Shown piece after piece: positions 46,370 through 55,990 of a DNA stretch of 64,000 bases; within the stretch, counting starts at the first letter, position 1; each line of letters begins with the position of its first letter. The translations under genes were made by a program, and so were the position numbers. The stretch is taken from assembly GCA_965226235.1 (NCBI GenBank), contig OZ245335.1, forward strand, positions 1,385,552 through 1,449,551, in the 5' to 3' direction. Under the pieces are notes generated by a model. That model made no database searches. It worked only from the letters and a program-made list of their open reading frames with translations, and was not told the DNA's origin. Source of the DNA: Candidatus Oxydemutatoraceae bacterium (GTDB lineage: Bacteria; Pseudomonadota; Gammaproteobacteria; Poriferisulfidales; Oxydemutatoraceae).

Positions 46370-47866
46370 GTGAGCGAAGGCGACGTCCGCTACCCTGCGC
46401 TGATCGCAGGCCCGCTGCTGGGCGCGCTGGTGTATGGGGTGCTGCCGGAACACTTCATCGCGCCGGATGGCGCCCCCGCCGCACTCGCCCCTGCGGCGAA
46501 AGCAACCATTGCGATCATCGTCTGGATGGCGGTGTGGTGGTTTACCGAAGCAGTACATATCGCCGTCACTTCCCTGTTGCCGCTGGTATTGTTTCCATTA
46601 ACCGGCGTAGCCGATATCAAGACAACGGCGGGCGCTTATGCCTCGGATCTGATCTTTCTGTTTATTGGCGGTTTCATCCTGGGGATGTCCATCCATCGCT
46701 GGCATCTGGACAAGCGCATTGCGCTGGCGGTTCTGCTCATGGTAGGGGAAAAGCCACAGAACATCGTTGCGGGCTTTATGCTGGTAGCCGCCTTCCTGAG
46801 TGCTTTCATATCCAATACGGCGACCACGGTGATGTTGCTCCCCATCGCTTTGAGCGTGCTGTCTTTGCGCCGCCCGACCCATTCCACAGTCCAGCCTCCT
46901 TCGACCACGGACGATTTCCCGACGTGCCTGCTGATCGCTACTGCTTACGCAGCAAGCCTGGGAGGTATATCCACCATAATCGGCACGGCGCCGAACGTGT
47001 TCACCGTGAATTTCATTCAAAATATGCCAGCCACGGAAGCGGTCGAGATTTCATTCGTTGGCTGGATGAAAATGGCACTTCCTGTCAGCCTGACCCTGCT
47101 GGTTGCCTGCTGGTTGCTGCTCACGCGCTTTGTCTTCCGGCTGGATCGGCAACCGTCCGGCATCCAGCGCAAGCAACTGCTGGAACAGTACCGTGCCCTT
47201 GGGCCGATGCGTGCCGGTGAATGGATCAGCCTGGGCGTGTTTACGCTGGCGGCGACACTGTGGATAGCGCGGCCGGCGATCAGCCAGCTTGCTATTGAAA
47301 TTGCCGGCATTTCCTATTCGCCGCTTTCCGGCCTGTCCGACGCAGGCATCGCCATGTTCGCCGCGCTACTGCTGTTTGTGCTGCCCGCAGGCAATAAGCA
47401 GGCGGCAATGGATTGGCAAACTGCCACGCGTTTACCCTGGGGGGTCATTATCCTGCTTGGGGGAGGCTTTGCGCTGGCACAAGCGGTCAAAAGCAATGGT
47501 ATCGACCTGTTGCTTGGGAACCAGGTTGCCGGTCTGGCACACTTGCCCGATTTCGCCGTGTTGCTGTTGCTGGTGGCCGTGGTCGTATTCCTGACCGAAT
47601 TCACGTCGAATACAGCAACGACCGCGGTATTGATCCCCGCGTTCGCTGCGTTTGCTCCATCGTTCGATCTTCCTCCGTTGTTGTTATTGATCCCGGCAAC
47701 TTTCGCTGCCAGTTGTGCATTCATGATGCCGATCGCAACCCCGCCGAACGCGGTAGTATTCGGCTCCGGGCAGATACGTATCCCGCAGATGGTTCGTGCC
47801 GGTTTCTGGATGAACCTGATCGCGATTGGTTTGATCACGTGTATTTCCTGGCTGTGGATCGCATGA
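46370..47866 (+). CDS. SLC13/DASS sodium:sulfate/dicarboxylate symporter
   Basis: ISNTATT, IGTAPN, EFTSNTAT, PIATPPNA. Multi-TM. Confidence 0.92.
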   Translation: MSEGDVRYPALIAGPLLGALVYGVLPEHFIAPDGAPAALAPAAKATIAIIVWMAVWWFTEAVHIAVTSLLPLVLFPLTGVADIKTTAGAYASDLIFLFIGGFILGMSIHRWHLDKRIALAVLLMVGEKPQNIVAGFMLVAAFLSAFISNTATTVMLLPIALSVLSLRRPTHSTVQPPSTTDDFPTCLLIATAYAASLGGISTIIGTAPNVFTVNFIQNMPATEAVEISFVGWMKMALPVSLTLLVACWLLLTRFVFRLDRQPSGIQRKQLLEQYRALGPMRAGEWISLGVFTLAATLWIARPAISQLAIEIAGISYSPLSGLSDAGIAMFAALLLFVLPAGNKQAAMDWQTATRLPWGVIILLGGGFALAQAVKSNGIDLLLGNQVAGLAHLPDFAVLLLLVAVVVFLTEFTSNTATTAVLIPAFAAFAPSFDLPPLLLLIPATFAASCAFMMPIATPPNAVVFGSGQIRIPQMVRAGFWMNLIAIGLITCISWLWIA

Positions 47867-48095
47867 AGATGAATGTCTGCAAGCAACGTTGCAACTGCGC
47901 CTTACAGGAAGATTCTGTGGGTTACGAGGAGGACCTGCTGCTCGAAGACCTGCGGCTGTTCAACCAGCGCCTGTTCAATTATCTCGATTGCTACAACGGA
48001 CAGCGACCGCACCAAGTAATCAATTACCGAACACCCTGCCAGATGCTCGCCCAACGCCTGCCACGTTTGTCCCATATGTGGTGGCTCATGCATCA
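47865..48095 (+). mobile_element. IS481 3' fragment with right end
   Basis: QED.V.YEEDLLLEDLRLFNQRL..YNGQRPHQ..TPCQMLAQ and tttgtcccatatgtggtgg. Confidence 0.85.
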
Positions 48096-48358
48096 TACAC
48101 ATCTCTCAAAATCGGGGCTCTTGCAGGATATTTGCGCCGAAGTTTCACGGCTCTGGTTATTGATAAGCAACAGGGCGAACAGTCCCAACCGGGTTCTTGT
48201 CGAGATGCGCGCGGCTTCCGCGTAGCGGTGGCAATCGATGGTGAGAGAGGACCCGGTAGCGCCAGTGAAAAAATCGGCAGCGGCGCGGCAGCATCACGGA
48301 TGTATGCAAGCCGAATGACAGCGCGCGATGGCGCCACCCGAGGAAACAGGACCACAAC

Positions 48359-49423
48359 ATGACCGGCGACGACAGGCTTGCAGCGTTTGACACGAAGACG
48401 GACCAGCCGGTGACCATCGTGTTCGGCACGTTCAACTACCGCAAAATGATAGAAAAGTGGATCTCCGCCGTGCGCAAGCTCGGGTATGACGGCTGGCGCA
48501 TCGTGTGCATGGATCGTGAACTGGTGCGATGGCTCGAAGAGCGCGGCGATGGCGCGCAGGCCGTAGATTACTACGCAGTGCTGCCGGATGCGCCGCGGCA
48601 CGACTTCGGGACGTTGTCGCGCGGAGAACTGATGCGTGCGCTGATGCCGTTGCGGACACGCCTGTTTCTGCATCTGGCGAAGGCTGGCCACGACTTTCTG
48701 CACAGTGACGCGGATGCGTTCTGGATTCAGGACCCGCGGCCGTACCTGGCGCAGCATCGCGAATACGATCTGCTGATGTCGCAGGGCGTAACATGTCCAT
48801 TCGGACATTACCAGCGTTTCGGCTTCGTGGTGTGTGCAGGATTCTTCGTTTGCCGCGCGAACGCGCGTACCCGCGCATACTTCGAGCGGATTGAGGCACT
48901 CGTGAATCAGCAGCCGCTGGATCAGCAACGCATGAACCTGCTACTGGAGCACGATCGGGAAGGTCGCTGGGAGGTCCACCGACCGGTGCTCCGCAAGCGT
49001 CGTCTCCAGACATTTTCCCGACGAGTTATCTGTATGTGGCAACGCTTGATAGACTATTCATCGATCCTACGGACGTTCGTTTCTCGTCTCAAGCAATTTT
49101 ATTCGCCGGGAGTTGGCCGGAAAACCCACCGATCGGCACTACGCAAGCACAAGGATAAAGGATGGCAACCGGCGGCTGCAGGACTTTACTCCCCTCGCCT
49201 GCGTTGGGGATGGATGGACGTGCGGGCATTGGCGGGGATATTGGCAAAGGCGCGCGGCAGAGGCTTGACGATGGGCCTGCTCCCGACACATAAGTGTGTC
49301 ATCACGAGCGAATCGGTGATCCGGGGTCGGTTCAGCGATGGCTTGACGGTGGGCGTGATCCCGATGCACCTCGTTACCCGGATACGCGTTATGCCCAGAG
49401 ACCGCTCCCTGGTTGTGCACTAG
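48359..49423 (+). CDS. nucleotide-diphospho-sugar transferase (GT77-like), copy 2
   Basis: Close paralog of 21300-22394 except for the central variable block. Confidence 0.8.
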   Translation: MTGDDRLAAFDTKTDQPVTIVFGTFNYRKMIEKWISAVRKLGYDGWRIVCMDRELVRWLEERGDGAQAVDYYAVLPDAPRHDFGTLSRGELMRALMPLRTRLFLHLAKAGHDFLHSDADAFWIQDPRPYLAQHREYDLLMSQGVTCPFGHYQRFGFVVCAGFFVCRANARTRAYFERIEALVNQQPLDQQRMNLLLEHDREGRWEVHRPVLRKRRLQTFSRRVICMWQRLIDYSSILRTFVSRLKQFYSPGVGRKTHRSALRKHKDKGWQPAAAGLYSPRLRWGWMDVRALAGILAKARGRGLTMGLLPTHKCVITSESVIRGRFSDGLTVGVIPMHLVTRIRVMPRDRSLVVH

Positions 49424-49437
49424 ACGCGGAAACAGCA

Positions 49438-50160
49438 ATGACGAAGCGCCTGATCGTGCATGTGGGCCTGTGCAAGACGGGATCGACGGGATCGACGTCA
49501 ATCCAGCGAATGTTGTTCTCGTGCCGAAACAGGCTACGTGCCGATGGAGTACATGTGCCCGAGACGGGCATAAAAGAAAGGGGCAGCCATCTGTCTCACC
49601 GGAGGTTAATATCAGCTCAGACGCTCAATTGGAAGCATAAAAAGGCTAAAAAGGCACTGTGGAAACAACTTGAAAAAGAGATCGCGGTTACCGATGCACA
49701 GACCTTTGTGGTGTCTGCGGAGGACCTGACATCGCCGGGGTTTCGCGTCACGAGTGCCGAGCTGTTGGCAGAACTCGCTGCGCGCGCAGACGTAGAAGTG
49801 GATGTCGTGGGCTTCGTGAGGCCACAATGGCAACTTCTGGAATCAGAGTACTCGCAGCGGGTGGGGAACGGACGGGAGAGAGGAACGTTCTCGCAATTCG
49901 TCGGAAAGATGCTTGACGCAGGTGAAAAGACGATCCTCGACTACCGCGTGGTGTTCGCGCCCTGCCGGGCTCGGTTTGGAGACCGCGTCAGGATTTTCCC
50001 GCTGGAAACAACCCAGAATCTGATCGTGCGCTTTCTGACCTTTGTGGGCATAGAGGCTACTGCGATAGAGGAGCATTGGGAGAAACTGCACGTCAACAAG
50101 CGGCGGGGGGCGAAGGTGCTTGAGCTCCACCGTTGCGTGTGGGGCCGACTTTATGACGCA
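49438..50160 (+). pseudogene. sulfotransferase-like protein copy 2, C-terminally truncated by an IS481 relic (frame reads on to 50316)
   Basis: Paralog of 22409-23490, with homology ending at ~50160. A 9-bp duplication gives KTGSTGSTS. Confidence 0.78.
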
Positions 50161-50306
50161 CGACAGCCACCACGCCGCGCGCTTCGCGGAATTGGTCCAA
50201 ACCGTGTTTCCGGAGCGCACCGTGCAGGAAGAGCTTCTGTTGGAAGATCTACGTACATTCAACCAGCACCTGCCCCGTTTGTCCCATATGTGGTGGCGCA
50301 GTACAA
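50158..50306 (+). mobile_element. miniaturised IS481 relic with multiple internal deletions
   Basis: Four IS481 segments joined in order, ending in a right-end-like sequence. Confidence 0.8.
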
Positions 50307-50476
50307 CACATTGTGAAAGAGAAACGTCTGGAATAAGCTTTGCCAACAGAGACACGCCCGGCTCCCTCGGGCAAGCACATCAAATAACGCGGCAATGGAG
50401 GTCGGCAACAAGCATCACTGACCGCAACTGATCTGTTCGCCGACGGTTGTTTTATACTACAGGGCATTGGTTCCAC

Positions 50477-50550
50477 GGCTATGTAGCTCAGTCGGTTAGA
50501 GCGCAGCACTCATAATGCTGAAGTCGCTGGTTCAACAGCCATAGCCACCA
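50477..50550 (+). tRNA. elongator tRNA-Met(CAT) with 3-nt T-arm deletion, possibly a pseudo-tRNA
   Basis: Acceptor stem GGCTATG/CATAGCC-ACCA, D arm TAGCTCAG..GGTTAGAGC, anticodon loop CTCATAA. T arm reads GCTGG-TTCAA-CAGC. Confidence 0.85.
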
Positions 50551-50612
50551 CCTAAGGTCGCGTGGCAGTTGCAGCAGGCGGGTAGCATTGTGCTGATATG
50601 CCGCAGTCGCCT

Positions 50613-52045
50613 ATGACCCTCATTCCACATTTCACCGATAGCATCAACGCGGTCGCGTGGAGGATTCCAATGGTCGCCGCCATCATTGGCGTCGGACTGT
50701 TCCTGATGTTTCGACTGGCTTGGATGCCACTCAAGAAAATCGGCTATGGCCTGTGTCAACTCTGGCTTGGGCGTCATTCCGAGGGGGTCGGAGACATCAG
50801 CGCATTCAGGGCTTTGATACCGGGAATATCGTAGGGGTCGCTACCGCGATTTCCATCGGTGGGCCCGGCGCCTTGTTCTGGATGTGGATCACCGCATTGG
50901 TCGGCATGGCAACCAAGTACTCCGAAGCCGTCTGTGCCGTTAAGTACCGGGAAACCGATGTGTGCGGGAGCCAGATCGGGGGGGGCGATGTATTACATCA
51001 AGAACGGGTTGAGCAAACGATGGCACTGGCTCGCTTTCCTGTTCGCGCTGTTCGGCGCGATCGCAGCCTTCGGCATCGGCAACAGGGTGCAATCCAATTC
51101 AATCGCAGACGCGGCAGACGATTTCGGGGTGCCCCCGCTTGCCACTTCCGTCGTCCTGGTTGTCCTGGTCTCGCTTTCCCTGCTTGGCGGTATCAGAAGT
51201 ATCTCCGCATGGGCAAGCAAACTGGTACCGTTGATGGCGACCCTGTACGTGAGTGCAGGCCTTGTCGTGCTACTGTTCAACGCGACCGAAATCCCATCGG
51301 CACTCGCTCTGATTGTCACGAGTGCGTTTACCGGAAACGCTGCGACCGGGGGCTTCGCCGGCGCGACGCTCATAATGGCAATCCAGTTCGGGGTGGCACA
51401 AGGGTCTCCAATGAAGCAGGGCTCGGTAGCGCACCCATTGCTCACGCTGCCGCCAAAACCGATAACCCGGTACGGCAAGGGTCCATTGCCATGCTTGGCA
51501 CCTTTATCGACGCCATCATCGTGTGCTCGGTGACCGGTCTGGTCATCATCACCACGGGAGCATGGACAAGCGATGAAACGGGGGCTGACCTGACGGCCAT
51601 GGCGTTTTCCTCCCCACTGCCCCTGGGTCATTACATCGTCAGTAGCGGACTGGTGATCTTTGCCTTCACAACGATCCTTGGCTGGAGTTACTACGGTGAA
51701 AAATGCTGGCAGTTTATCTTCGGTATCGACCGGGTTTTCATCTACCGCGTGATCTGGGTTTTGGCGGTGTTCATAGGCCCGTGGGCCTTGACCTGGGATA
51801 GCGGCACCAAGGCCGGTATCACGTTGGTCTGGATCATCGCGGACACACTGAACGCCTTCATGGCGCTACCCAACCTCATCGCGTTGGCACTGCTTTCCCC
51901 GATCATAGTCAAGCTGACAAAAGCGTACTGGGACAACGTGGATCAAACGAAGCCAGGTAAGGTCACGGAGGGAAACCGACCGTCCCCCAGATCATTTACC
52001 GATACAAAAGCGGGAAAAAATATGCCCGAGCAATGCTTCGGTTGA
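50613..52045 (+). pseudogene. alanine/glycine:cation symporter (AgcS) pseudogene
   Basis: TGNIVGVA, GGPGALFWMW, MYYI, SNEAGLGS and PNLIAL are spread over different frames, with lesions at ~50818, ~50980 and ~51403. Confidence 0.88.
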
Positions 52046-53335
52046 CTGCTCCCCCAGGATAGCCCCGAGCGCGCTTCGCGCCCGTCGCAACTCTTCTGCT
52101 ATCAATTCGAACGCGTTGGCGGCATGATGCTGTGCTGCGAGCCGGACGGCGCACGCCGCCTCCTGCAGTGCCACCAGGTGGCGTCTGCGTGCAATGATCG
52201 CATCGTCGGCGTCTGCCACGATATCGACGCCGCTCAGGCAAACGGCAATATGCGTCGCCAACGCGTCGATACCCAGCCCGGTTTTTGCTGAAACACACCA
52301 GCGGCCAGACAATCCGGCCTGCTCAACCAGATCCTGCTTGTTATAAACAATCACCCACGGCACCCCTCGTTTCCCCAACTCCGCTTGCAGCGCGCTCTCA
52401 ACTTCACCAACGCCATCGCGCACATCGACGACCAGTAGCACCAGGTCTGCGCTGCAGCACGCCGCCCGAGCGCGCTCGACCCCTTCCTGCTCGATTTCAT
52501 CCGCGGATTCGCGCAGGCCGGCCGTGTCCAGAACCCGCACCGGCAGGCGGCCAATGAGCACATCGCGTTTCAAAACATCACGGGTGGTTCCGGCGGTCGC
52601 GCTGACAATCGCCTCATCGCATCCGGCGAGCCGATTCAGCAAGCTTGATTTGCCGACATTGGGTCTGCCGGCAATAACGATTTCCCCCCCGGCAAACAAC
52701 CGGGCACCCTGCGTGGCACGGTGCTGCAACCTGCCGATCCGTGCCGAGATGTCGCCCAGCGCCGCGCCGACCTCGTCGCGCGATACAAACGTGATGTCTT
52801 CATCCGAAAAATCCAACGCCGCCTCGACCTGTGCCTGCAATCCGGCGAGCGCGTCACCGATTTCGGAAATCCGCATGGAGAATTCACCTCGCACCGATCG
52901 CTGAGCACAACGCGCGGCGGCAGCGTCGGCGCTGTCAATCAAATCAGCAACGGCTTCAAGCTGCGCCAGATCGTACTTGCCGTTCAAAAACGCGCGGCGG
53001 CTAAACTCCCCGGGCCCTGCCGGACGCGCGCCAAGCGCACTGATTCTTGCTACCAGACGATCCAGCACGACCGGGCTACCGTGTGCGTACAACTCCAGGG
53101 TGTCCTCTCCGGTAAAGCTCGCGGGTGCCTTGAAAACCACAGCAAGGCCTGCGTCGATGGTTTCTCCGTCCGCGCCACGAAACCGGCGGAAAGCCGCCTG
53201 CCGCAGCGACGGCAGCCTGCCGAGCAATGCTTTCGCTATCTCGGTCACCCCTGGCCCACTGGCGCGCACAACCCCCAGCGCACCTCGCCCCGGCGGTGTC
53301 GAGATGGCAACGATGGTGTCTCCCGCGCCGATCAC
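51992..53335 (-). CDS. mnmE: tRNA modification GTPase MnmE
   Basis: GRPNVGKS, GTTRD, DTAG, NKxD, FCIGK. GTG overlaps the yidC stop. Confidence 0.97.
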   Translation of the reverse strand: MIGAGDTIVAISTPPGRGALGVVRASGPGVTEIAKALLGRLPSLRQAAFRRFRGADGETIDAGLAVVFKAPASFTGEDTLELYAHGSPVVLDRLVARISALGARPAGPGEFSRRAFLNGKYDLAQLEAVADLIDSADAAAARCAQRSVRGEFSMRISEIGDALAGLQAQVEAALDFSDEDITFVSRDEVGAALGDISARIGRLQHRATQGARLFAGGEIVIAGRPNVGKSSLLNRLAGCDEAIVSATAGTTRDVLKRDVLIGRLPVRVLDTAGLRESADEIEQEGVERARAACCSADLVLLVVDVRDGVGEVESALQAELGKRGVPWVIVYNKQDLVEQAGLSGRWCVSAKTGLGIDALATHIAVCLSGVDIVADADDAIIARRRHLVALQEAACAVRLAAQHHAANAFELIAEELRRARSALGAILGEQSTEALLGHIFSRFCIGK

Positions 53336-55032
53336 GCCGTCTTTGCTGGTTGACCCAGCACTCGGCGTGTAATCACCCACTGCTGGGAAATCGAGAGCAC
53401 ATTGTTGACCACCCAATAGAGCACGAGTCCCGCCGGGAAAAAGGCAAAGAAAACGGTAAACACGACCGGCAAAAGCATCATCAGCCTTGCCTGCATCGGA
53501 TCAGGCGGCGTCGGATTGAGTTTGTTCTGAGCGACCATGCTTGCCCCCATCAGCAACGGCAACACAAAATACGGATCGCGCACCGACAGATCATGAATCC
53601 AGAGTATGAACGGCGCCTGGCGCAGTTCAACGCTCTCAAGCAACACCCAGTACAACGCAATGAACACCGGCACCTGCACCAGGATCGGCAAGCACCCCCC
53701 CAGCGGGTTTACTTTCTCCTTCCGGTACAGGTTCATCATTTCCTCGCTCAGCCGCGAACGATCATCCTTGTAGCGTTCGCGCAGTGCCACCATTCGCGGC
53801 TGAAACCTGCGCATTTTCGCCATGGAGCGGTAGCTGGCTTCAGACAACTTGTAGAACACCAGCTTGATAATCAACGTCAAGACCACGATCGCCCAGCCCC
53901 AATTACCCAACACCGTGTGAATTCTGCTGAGCAACCAGAACAGCGGCTTCGAAATTACCGTGAAAATGCCGTAATCGGTTGTCAGCTCAAGCCCCGGCGC
54001 CGTCTCGCTCAAGCGGGCCTGCAGCTTGGGCCCGAGATAGGCCCGCATCGAGAATTGGTCCTCCGTGCCCGGCGCGACCACGCGCGGCGGCGAACGCAAA
54101 CCGATCAGGTATTGCTCCTGTCCCAGTTCCCGAATGGCCTTCGTGTAGTAATCATTTTCTGTCCCTCGGTCGGGAATCAGAGCACTGACAAAATAATGCT
54201 GTAGCATGGCGGCCCACCCCCCTGTAATCGCTTTGGAAAGCACTGGCCCCTCGGTAATTTCATCGAACGCCACCTTGTTGTATTTGCCGTCGTAATAAGC
54301 GGCGCCCGTGAAGGTATAGAGCAGTGGCGACCCTGCATCTTTCGGCATGGAACGTCGCAACTGAGCGTACTGCCGGCCCACCCAGACATCGCCACCACGG
54401 TTGATGACCTTGTGCTCGATCTCGATGAGGTAACTGCCTCGTCGCAAAATGTATGTTTTCTCTACGCTGATGCCTCCATCACCCTGCCACAGCAACGGAA
54501 CCCGTAAAACCTCTTCTCCCGAAACCATTTCATATAGCGCACGGTCACTGCGGTACGCCTCATGGTGCGACGGTGCGCGCAGCTTTGGATCCCCGCCTCC
54601 GCCGATGTGATCGTGCAACAAACCACTTTGCAGCCAATAGAGATCAGGCTTGTCACTGAGCAGGCGAAAGGCCTGGTCCGGAAGATCGACGGCAACCGGC
54701 ACCTTGAGCAGATCTACCCCGCGGATGTCGCCACCCTGCAAACCCAGTTCGACACGCAACAAATCGGTAACGACGACAACCCGTTCTCCTGAGAAGTAGC
54801 CGGGCTCGCTGGAGGACGACTCACTCGGAACAGCCAGCGCCTCACCTTTATCAGGAACTGGAACGTCCCCCCAATCATCCGCCGCCGATGGCTGGGTTCG
54901 AGGCTGTGTTTGCACGCTCGGTGGCTGTACCGCCTGCACATCCTCTTTCCTGTTCCATTCAACCCAGCGCTCCCACAGCAATAGCGAAACAAACGCCAGG
55001 GAAACGTACAGGAAGAGGCGCGCACTAGCCAT
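53332..55032 (-). CDS. yidC: membrane protein insertase YidC
   Basis: QHYF, GPK, DYG, GNWG, NPLGGCLP, GLVLYW. Confidence 0.97.
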   Translation of the reverse strand: MASARLFLYVSLAFVSLLLWERWVEWNRKEDVQAVQPPSVQTQPRTQPSAADDWGDVPVPDKGEALAVPSESSSSEPGYFSGERVVVVTDLLRVELGLQGGDIRGVDLLKVPVAVDLPDQAFRLLSDKPDLYWLQSGLLHDHIGGGGDPKLRAPSHHEAYRSDRALYEMVSGEEVLRVPLLWQGDGGISVEKTYILRRGSYLIEIEHKVINRGGDVWVGRQYAQLRRSMPKDAGSPLLYTFTGAAYYDGKYNKVAFDEITEGPVLSKAITGGWAAMLQHYFVSALIPDRGTENDYYTKAIRELGQEQYLIGLRSPPRVVAPGTEDQFSMRAYLGPKLQARLSETAPGLELTTDYGIFTVISKPLFWLLSRIHTVLGNWGWAIVVLTLIIKLVFYKLSEASYRSMAKMRRFQPRMVALRERYKDDRSRLSEEMMNLYRKEKVNPLGGCLPILVQVPVFIALYWVLLESVELRQAPFILWIHDLSVRDPYFVLPLLMGASMVAQNKLNPTPPDPMQARLMMLLPVVFTVFFAFFPAGLVLYWVVNNVLSISQQWVITRRVLGQPAKTA

Positions 55033-55384
55033 TCTCTCTCACCGAGCCAGAAGAAATTCCGGTCCAGATCTGTAATAGCTGCCTGCGTATTTCTTTGGAC
55101 GACACCCCGGTAAACGATACCTTCTCGCGATTGTGCCGGGTGGCGCAGGCAAAGACGAAATCCATCGGGGGTAACGCCGACTGCTGCCTGAACGTCTCTC
55201 TTATTCTACGCTTTATCCAGTTCCGATCCACCGCTTTCCTGGCAAATTTGCGGGAAATCGCAATGCCTAGCCGCGCATGCCCCTGGTGGTTGTCGCACCG
55301 ATAGACACGGAACAGGGAAGTCCGGATCGCCGGGTAGTCGTGCTTCGCGGCAAAAGCCACTTTGAATTCACCGGTATGGTGCAA
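55025..55384 (-). CDS. rnpA: ribonuclease P protein component (start uncertain)
   Basis: RLGIAISRK..AVDRNWIKRRIRETFR. Located between rpmH and yidC. Confidence 0.9.
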   Translation of the reverse strand: MHHTGEFKVAFAAKHDYPAIRTSLFRVYRCDNHQGHARLGIAISRKFARKAVDRNWIKRRIRETFRQQSALPPMDFVFACATRHNREKVSFTGVSSKEIRRQLLQIWTGISSGSVRENG

Positions 55385-55467
55385 GCGAAAGCGCCACCCA
55401 AAAGGAGCTCGGTGCGTGGCTATCTTGGCGTTCCCGAACCGGCGGCGGCACTTCTTCCGGCCAAAGC

Positions 55468-55602
55468 TCAGGAAGCAAGCCGGCTACGGCCTTTGCGGCG
55501 GCGAGCACTGAGAATTGCGCGCCCTGCGGCGGTTCTCATTCGCGCACGGAATCCATGCCGGCGCTTGCGCTTGATATTGCTTGGCTGGAATGTACGTTTC
55601 AT
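55468..55602 (-). CDS. rpmH: 50S ribosomal protein L34 (not in ORF track)
   Basis: [44 protein letters not shown]. Confidence 0.98.
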   Translation of the reverse strand: MKRTFQPSNIKRKRRHGFRARMRTAAGRAILSARRRKGRSRLAS

Positions 55603-55769
55603 CCTGCAGCACCCAAAGTGGCTGTGATGTCATAAGCTGGCCTGACACCCCCGGATGCCTGGCACCCACGGATGCAAGAGGGAAAAGAGTACCTCACTTT
55701 CTACACCGAGGTCAATTTGATGTATGCCCACCCGCCTGGGAGGCCGTCTTGTTGGACCGGACGGGTGTT

Positions 55770-55797
55770 GTCGGTGCGATGCATGCGTCGCCCTTGC
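55770..55797. repeat. degenerate REP palindrome
   Basis: gtcggtgcgatgcatgcgtcgcccttgc resembles 23679-23706. Confidence 0.6.
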
Positions 55798-55990
55798 TTC
55801 TGCGCGCATTTGGGGCCGAACAAACGGACATCTTGCCAGATACCTGCTCGACACGGGTCACATTGTGTCCCATGATATGGTGGCCTCAAACATGCGCTTG
55901 ACGCGTTTTCGAAAAAGTTGATAAAGTGATTCCATCGCCTGTCTTCCATATCCACGGTCAAGCGCCAGAACCAACCCCGGGAAAAGCACG

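Noticed and set aside
50477-50550. tRNA as the att site of an integrated island
   Set aside because: No integrase and no duplicated tRNA 3' end seen in the window.
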